Shown here: piece by piece, positions 59,396 to 64,000 of the stretch | Layout of the letters: every line of letters starts with the position of its first letter | Numbering within the stretch: the first letter of the stretch is position 1 | DNA from: Candidatus Marinacidobacterium sp. | GTDB taxonomy: Bacteria > Acidobacteriota > Vicinamibacteria > Marinacidobacterales > Marinacidobacteraceae | Direction: 5' to 3' | DNA: 64,000 nt | NCBI GenBank assembly: GCA_965220965.1 | Contig: OZ244852.1 | Span: forward strand, 192,001 to 256,000 | Notes under the pieces: generated by a model | The model's database searches: none | What the model saw: only the letters and a program-made list of their open reading frames with translations | Told to the model about the DNA's origin: nothing | Made by a program: the position numbers and the translations under genes

Positions 59396-60478
59396 ATGGC
59401 CCTTGCCCTCGAATGCCGGGGGATACGCAAGCGTTTCGCCCCGGAGCGCGGCGTGCTCGACGGCGTGGACCTCCAGGTCGAAGCGGGAACGGTCGCTGCG
59501 ATCCTGGGTCCGAGCGGGGGCGGGAAGACGACGCTGCTCCGGATCGTCGCCGGCCTCGAGGGTCCCGAGGCCGGGGAAGTGGACCTGCTGGGCCGCCCGG
59601 TCGTGGGGAACGGGGTCTTCGTCCCGCCCGAGACCCGCCGGGTGGGATTCGTCTTCCAGGACTATGCGCTCTTTCCCCACATGAGCGTGTTCCAGAACGT
59701 GGCCTTCGGAGCGCCCGGTCCCGCGGGGGTCACCCGGGCGTGGGGCGCGCTCCAGCTCGTGGGACTCTCGGAGGCGGCGGAGCGGCGACCCCACGAACTC
59801 TCCGGCGGGGAGCAGCAGCGGGTCGCGCTGGCCCGCGCGCTGGCGCCGGAGCCGGGGCTGATCCTGCTGGACGAGCCATTCTCGAACCTGGACGCGGCGC
59901 TGCGCGCCGGAGTCCGGGAGGAAGTCGCCGCGCTCCTGCGCCGCCTCGGGACGACCGCCGTCCTGGTGACCCATGACCGCGAGGAGGCGTTCGCGCTGGC
60001 GGACCACGTTTCGCTGCTGCTCGACGGCCGCGTCGTCCGCACCGGAACGCCGGAGGCGCTCGCGCGCAACCCGGGCAGCCGGGAGGCGGCGCGGTTCCTG
60101 GGAGAGACCAACCTGCTGCCGGGCCACAGCGACGGAGACTCGGCCGAGTGCGAGATCGGGCGGGTCGAACTCCTCCCCTCCGCCTCGGGCGGTCCCCCGC
60201 CGCGCGGCCCGGTGGATGTGCTGTTGCCGGTCGACGGCATCCTGGTCGAGCCGTTCGCGGAGGAGGGGAGCGCCCCCGGGACGGCGGTGCTCCTCCGGGC
60301 GGCGTTCCAGGGGGCGTTCCAGCGGCTGGAGGCCCGGCTGCCAACGGGAAGGACGATCTCCGTGCGCTCCCCCGCCCGGGAAATGTGGCGGGGGCTTCTC
60401 CGTCCCGGGCAACGGGTCCGGCTCCGCCCGGCGGGGCCGGTTCCGGTGTTCGCGCGGGCCCCCGGTCACCCCGGATAG
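59396..60478 (+). CDS. Fe(III) ABC transporter ATP-binding protein (FbpC-like)
   Basis: GPSGGGKT, FQDYALFPH, LSGGEQQR, LLDEP and VTHD. Confidence 0.93.
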   Translation: MALALECRGIRKRFAPERGVLDGVDLQVEAGTVAAILGPSGGGKTTLLRIVAGLEGPEAGEVDLLGRPVVGNGVFVPPETRRVGFVFQDYALFPHMSVFQNVAFGAPGPAGVTRAWGALQLVGLSEAAERRPHELSGGEQQRVALARALAPEPGLILLDEPFSNLDAALRAGVREEVAALLRRLGTTAVLVTHDREEAFALADHVSLLLDGRVVRTGTPEALARNPGSREAARFLGETNLLPGHSDGDSAECEIGRVELLPSASGGPPPRGPVDVLLPVDGILVEPFAEEGSAPGTAVLLRAAFQGAFQRLEARLPTGRTISVRSPAREMWRGLLRPGQRVRLRPAGPVPVFARAPGHPG

Positions 60479-60525
60479 CCGATGCGCCGCCGTCATCCGG
60501 CGCCGCCGTAGAATCCGCCGCGCCC

Positions 60526-62040
60526 GTGGCGTCCTTCTACCTGACCACCGCGATCGATTACGTCAACTCGGCGCCCCACCTCGGAACCGCCTACGAGAAG
60601 ATCACCGCGGACGTGATCGCCCGCTACCAGCGGAGCGCCGGGAGGGAGACCCGGTTCCTCATGGGCGCCGATGAGCATTCGCTCAACGTCCGGCGGCGGG
60701 CCGAGGAGCAGGGGCTCGATCCGCTCGAGTACTGCGGTCGGATGGAGGACACCTTTCGCGCCGTCTGGGCGAAGCTGGACATCTCCTACGACGACTACAT
60801 CCGGACGACCGAGCGCCGCCACCACCGGGGGGTCACCCGGCTGCTCGAGGCGATCCGGGATCGGGGCGGGATCTACGAGGGGACCTACGAGGGCTGGTAC
60901 TGCGTCTCCTGCGAGGCCTTCAAGCAGGACAAGGACCTGGTGGACGGCGAGTGCCCGCTCCACCGGAAGCGGCCGGACTGGATCCGGGAAAAGAACCACT
61001 TCTTCCGGCTGTCCGCCTGGGGCGACCGGCTGCTGGAGCTCTACCGGGAGCGTCCGGATTTCATCGAGCCGGAGACCCGCCGCAACGAGCTGACGCGTCT
61101 CATCGAGGCGGGGCTGCTGGATCTGTCGGTGAGCCGCCCGGGGAGCGGGTGGGGGATCCCGGTTCCCTTCGATGACCGCAGCGTGGTCTACGTCTGGTTC
61201 GACGCGCTGATCAACTACCTCTCCGCCACCGGCTACGGCGACGACCTCGAAGGATGGGATGAGCGCTGGCCCGCCGACCTCCATATCGTCGGCAAGGACA
61301 TCACCCGGTTCCACGCGGTGATCTGGCCGGCGATGCTCATGGCGGCGGACCTGCCGCTGCCCCGCCAGGTGTTCGGGCACGGGTTCGTGAACTTCGAGGG
61401 CGAGCGGATGAGCAAGTCGCTCGGGACCGCGGTGGATCCGCTCGAGGCGGCGGATCACTTCGGACCGGACCCCCTCCGCTTCTATCTCGTGCGCGAAATC
61501 GCCTACGGACAGGACGGTGATTTCTCCTGGGAGCGCTTCGAGGCCCGCTATGACGCCGACCTCGCGAACTCGCTCGGGAACCTGGTCAGCCGGATCACCG
61601 CGATGGCCGGGCGGTACCGCGAGGGCCGGCTCAGTCCCTCCGCCCGGAGCCGGTTGCCCGACCTGGCGGCGTCGGCGACGGCCGCGCACCGCGCCGCGAT
61701 GGAGGAGCTTCGCCTCCACGACGGCGTCGCGGCCGCCTTCGGGGTGATCGGCGCGGTCAACGAGTTCCTCACCGAGCGGGCCCCCTGGACGCTCGCGAAG
61801 GACCCGGAGGCGGCGGAGGCGCTCGACGAGACGCTCTACGAGGCGGCGGAGGCGGTCCGGATCGCCGCCGTCCTGCTGTGGCCGGTCCTGCCCGGATCGA
61901 GCGCCGAGATCCTCAGCCGGCTCACCGGCGAGCGGCCGGAACTCCCCCGGCTCGCCGAGGAGACCGGTTTCCGCGCCGACCGCCCGCTGATGACGACGAA
62001 GGGGGCCCCGCTGTGGCCCCGGCTGGCCGGAGGACGCTGA
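60526..62040 (+). CDS. metG: Methionine--tRNA ligase (short form, no C-terminal tRNA-binding domain)
   Basis: FYLTTAI.Y, PHLGT (HIGH), G.DEH, CxxC knuckle, YVWFDAL.NY, GKDI.RFH and MSKS. Confidence 0.93.
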   Translation: MASFYLTTAIDYVNSAPHLGTAYEKITADVIARYQRSAGRETRFLMGADEHSLNVRRRAEEQGLDPLEYCGRMEDTFRAVWAKLDISYDDYIRTTERRHHRGVTRLLEAIRDRGGIYEGTYEGWYCVSCEAFKQDKDLVDGECPLHRKRPDWIREKNHFFRLSAWGDRLLELYRERPDFIEPETRRNELTRLIEAGLLDLSVSRPGSGWGIPVPFDDRSVVYVWFDALINYLSATGYGDDLEGWDERWPADLHIVGKDITRFHAVIWPAMLMAADLPLPRQVFGHGFVNFEGERMSKSLGTAVDPLEAADHFGPDPLRFYLVREIAYGQDGDFSWERFEARYDADLANSLGNLVSRITAMAGRYREGRLSPSARSRLPDLAASATAAHRAAMEELRLHDGVAAAFGVIGAVNEFLTERAPWTLAKDPEAAEALDETLYEAAEAVRIAAVLLWPVLPGSSAEILSRLTGERPELPRLAEETGFRADRPLMTTKGAPLWPRLAGGR

Positions 62041-62050
62041 CCGGACTTAA

Positions 62051-62246
62051 CAGTCCGTTGATAAAGTCGCGTGCAGCGCCGAGAGCGGTGAGGCGCCCGG
62101 CCGACAAGGCGCGTGAGGGAGGGCCCCTACCGGGAGAACCGGCATCGGGATTTCGACTGAAACGCAACGATGAGCGCCCCGAAGGGGCGTGGTTCGGGCG
62201 GGATGCATCGCCGCTCGAACGCCGCGGGACTTTGTCAACGGGCTGT
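62051..62246. mobile_element. MITE, copy 2
   Basis: Same TIRs as copy 1; flanked by TAA...TAA (reads as TTAA on both sides); lies between convergent genes. Confidence 0.85.
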
Positions 62247-62254
62247 TAACCCTT

Positions 62255-63136
62255 CTACTGCGGCGAAGCGGCGAGCGAGCGCTCGAAGGCCTCGATCGTG
62301 ATCTCGGCGCGCCGCGCCACCAGCGCCTCGCCGTTCGCGATCGTCCGGTCGAGCGGGTCGAGCGGGACCCCGTTGATCGAGAACTCCCCGGTCATCCGGC
62401 GCTCGTCGGTCCGGATCGCCCCGGGATCCACGGTCGCGATGATCGCGTCGTAGTGGTAGTCGTCGTGGATGTCCCCCCGCGAGGCTGACTGGACATCCGG
62501 CTCCTGGTGGACGCCGAGCTCCTTGAGCTGTTCGAAGCTCCACAGGTCCTCGGTGTAGTACTCGGGGATGTGGTGGAGGCGCACGCCAGGGTGGGGCGGG
62601 GCCTCGTTCCAGCGCTCCGCCACCGCGGCCATCCCGCGCTGGTTTCCGCCGCTGTCGCCGATCAGGAGCACATCGGTGAACCCGCTCACCGACAGACTCC
62701 GCGCCACATCGTGGAGCACCATCTCGAAGGTCTCGCTCGTGAGGCCGATCGTCCCGGGAAAGCGCATGTGTCCGGTGGGCGGGTCATGGTCGCCCTCGGG
62801 CACCAGCTTGATGATGGGGGCCACCAGGGCGTTTCCGAGGCGTCGGGCGATCGCCTCGGTCGTGGCGCGCAGCACCAGGTTGTGCTTCCCGGTCACCACG
62901 TAGGGGCCGTTCTGTTCGATACCCCCGGTCGCCACGATCGCGGTCGTGGCCCCGTCCGCGATCCGGTCGCGGACTTCCATCCAGGTGAGCTCCTCGATGA
63001 AGACGCTGTCCGCGGCCGGTATCGGCCGCTCGGCGTCGAGCGCGTTCCAGGGGTGGTCGGTCGGGCCGCCGCAGGCGGCCGCGAAAAGAACCGCCAGGCC
63101 GGCTACGCCGGCCGGAATTCGCAGACTTTCGAGCAT
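62255..63136 (-). CDS. Creatininase family lipoprotein
   Basis: Lipobox AAAC; EELTW.E, GGIEQNGP....KHN, PGT and DSGGN. Confidence 0.85.
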   Translation of the reverse strand: MLESLRIPAGVAGLAVLFAAACGGPTDHPWNALDAERPIPAADSVFIEELTWMEVRDRIADGATTAIVATGGIEQNGPYVVTGKHNLVLRATTEAIARRLGNALVAPIIKLVPEGDHDPPTGHMRFPGTIGLTSETFEMVLHDVARSLSVSGFTDVLLIGDSGGNQRGMAAVAERWNEAPPHPGVRLHHIPEYYTEDLWSFEQLKELGVHQEPDVQSASRGDIHDDYHYDAIIATVDPGAIRTDERRMTGEFSINGVPLDPLDRTIANGEALVARRAEITIEAFERSLAASPQ

Positions 63137-63234
63137 GGTTCCGTCTCGCCTCCGGTGTCCAACAGGTCGGTGTCGAAGGTATCACCACCCGGAGTCCGGT
63201 TGACCGGGACCCGGGGGTCGGGCAGACTCGCCTC

Positions 63235-64000
63235 ATGGCGCCCTTCGAAGCGCGTCCCGCCGGGCGCAGATTCCTGATCGCGGGGGCGCTTCTCGGCGTC
63301 CTCCTCCCCGCTTCGGTTCCTGCCCAGCTCAGCCGCCGGGCGGTTGCGGACGCCGGGCCCCGCGACTTTCTGATCCGCGGCGGGACCGTGCACATCGGGG
63401 ACGGGACGGTTCTCTCCGGCGCGAGCGTCGCGCTCTCCGGGGGGCTCGTCACGGCGGTGGGACCGGACGCGGCGGCGCCTCCCGGGGCGTGGGAGGTGGA
63501 CGCCAGCGGGAAGCACGTCTACCCGGGCTTCGTGAACGCGCTGTCCGACCTGGGGCTTCCCGCCCGGGGAGAGCGGGCCGGCGCCGGCGCTCCCCGGCCC
63601 GGCGGTCCCGGAGGGGATCAGCCGCCGCCCTCGCGCGGCCCCGAGGACCGCCCGGACACCTTTTCCTTCCGCTACGCCGCCGACTCGCTCGACCCCGGCG
63701 ACGACCGGATCGCCGCCGCCCGGAGCCGCGGCTTCACCTCGGCGGTGTCGGTGGCCGGGAGCGGGATCGTTTCGGGCCACGCCGCCTGGCTGAACCTGGC
63801 CGGAGAGGATGGCCGGGACTTCGTGGTGTCTTCGGACGCCGCGATCATGGTGCGCCTCGAGACCCGCGGGTTCCGTTCCTTTCCGGGGTCGCTGATGGGC
63901 GTCATCGCCTACCTGAAGCAGTTGTTCCTCGATGTATCCCATGACCGGGAGGCCTGGCGGCTCTACGAAGAAGACCCGACCGGGCTCACCCGGCCGCGCT
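63235..64000 (+). CDS. Exported amidohydrolase-fold protein, N-terminal part (runs off the window)
   Basis: Translated by hand: signal peptide, LIRGGTVH and VDASGKHVYPGF; the HxH position reads NALSD. Confidence 0.75.
   Translation, partial: MAPFEARPAGRRFLIAGALLGVLLPASVPAQLSRRAVADAGPRDFLIRGGTVHIGDGTVLSGASVALSGGLVTAVGPDAAAPPGAWEVDASGKHVYPGFVNALSDLGLPARGERAGAGAPRPGGPGGDQPPPSRGPEDRPDTFSFRYAADSLDPGDDRIAAARSRGFTSAVSVAGSGIVSGHAAWLNLAGEDGRDFVVSSDAAIMVRLETRGFRSFPGSLMGVIAYLKQLFLDVSHDREAWRLYEEDPTGLTRPR

Noticed and set aside
60526-62040. metG as truncated or pseudogenised (HLGT, no C-terminal domain, adjacent MITE)
   Set aside because: Short monomeric MetRS forms are normal; catalytic and anticodon domains are intact and the MITE lies after the stop

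Overview
A GC-rich bacterial chromosomal segment with about 45 protein-coding genes. The gene repertoire (Oar-type TonB receptor, DUF1592/DUF1552 and DUF1553/DUF1501 modules, many signal-peptide hydrolases) suggests Acidobacteriota or a similar lineage; this is inference only. In order along the window: an SSS-transporter/PLP-decarboxylase operon; xth; a tandemly duplicated three-gene cassette (di-heme DUF1592-type protein, Tat-exported DUF1552/HXXSHH protein, secreted ankyrin protein ending in CxxC) whose copies are mosaic, with near-identical and divergent segments; a nuclease/defence-like patch (DUF429, GmrSD-type DUF262-DUF1524, YhaO/YhaN); a rimB-rimK-aspartoacylase trio; a six-gene operon of apparently exported proteins led by DUF1553-DUF1501; peptidases, a TPR protein and a TonB receptor; an ATPase-PD-(D/E)XK gene coupled to a degenerate gluzincin; cofE/npdG; an Fe(III) ABC transporter with a Fur-like box; and metG. 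Two copies of a ~200-bp MITE carry a 20-bp sub-module at different internal positions. I saw no rRNA, tRNA, CRISPR array, transposase or reverse transcriptase. All family calls rest on motif recognition by eye, not database searches.
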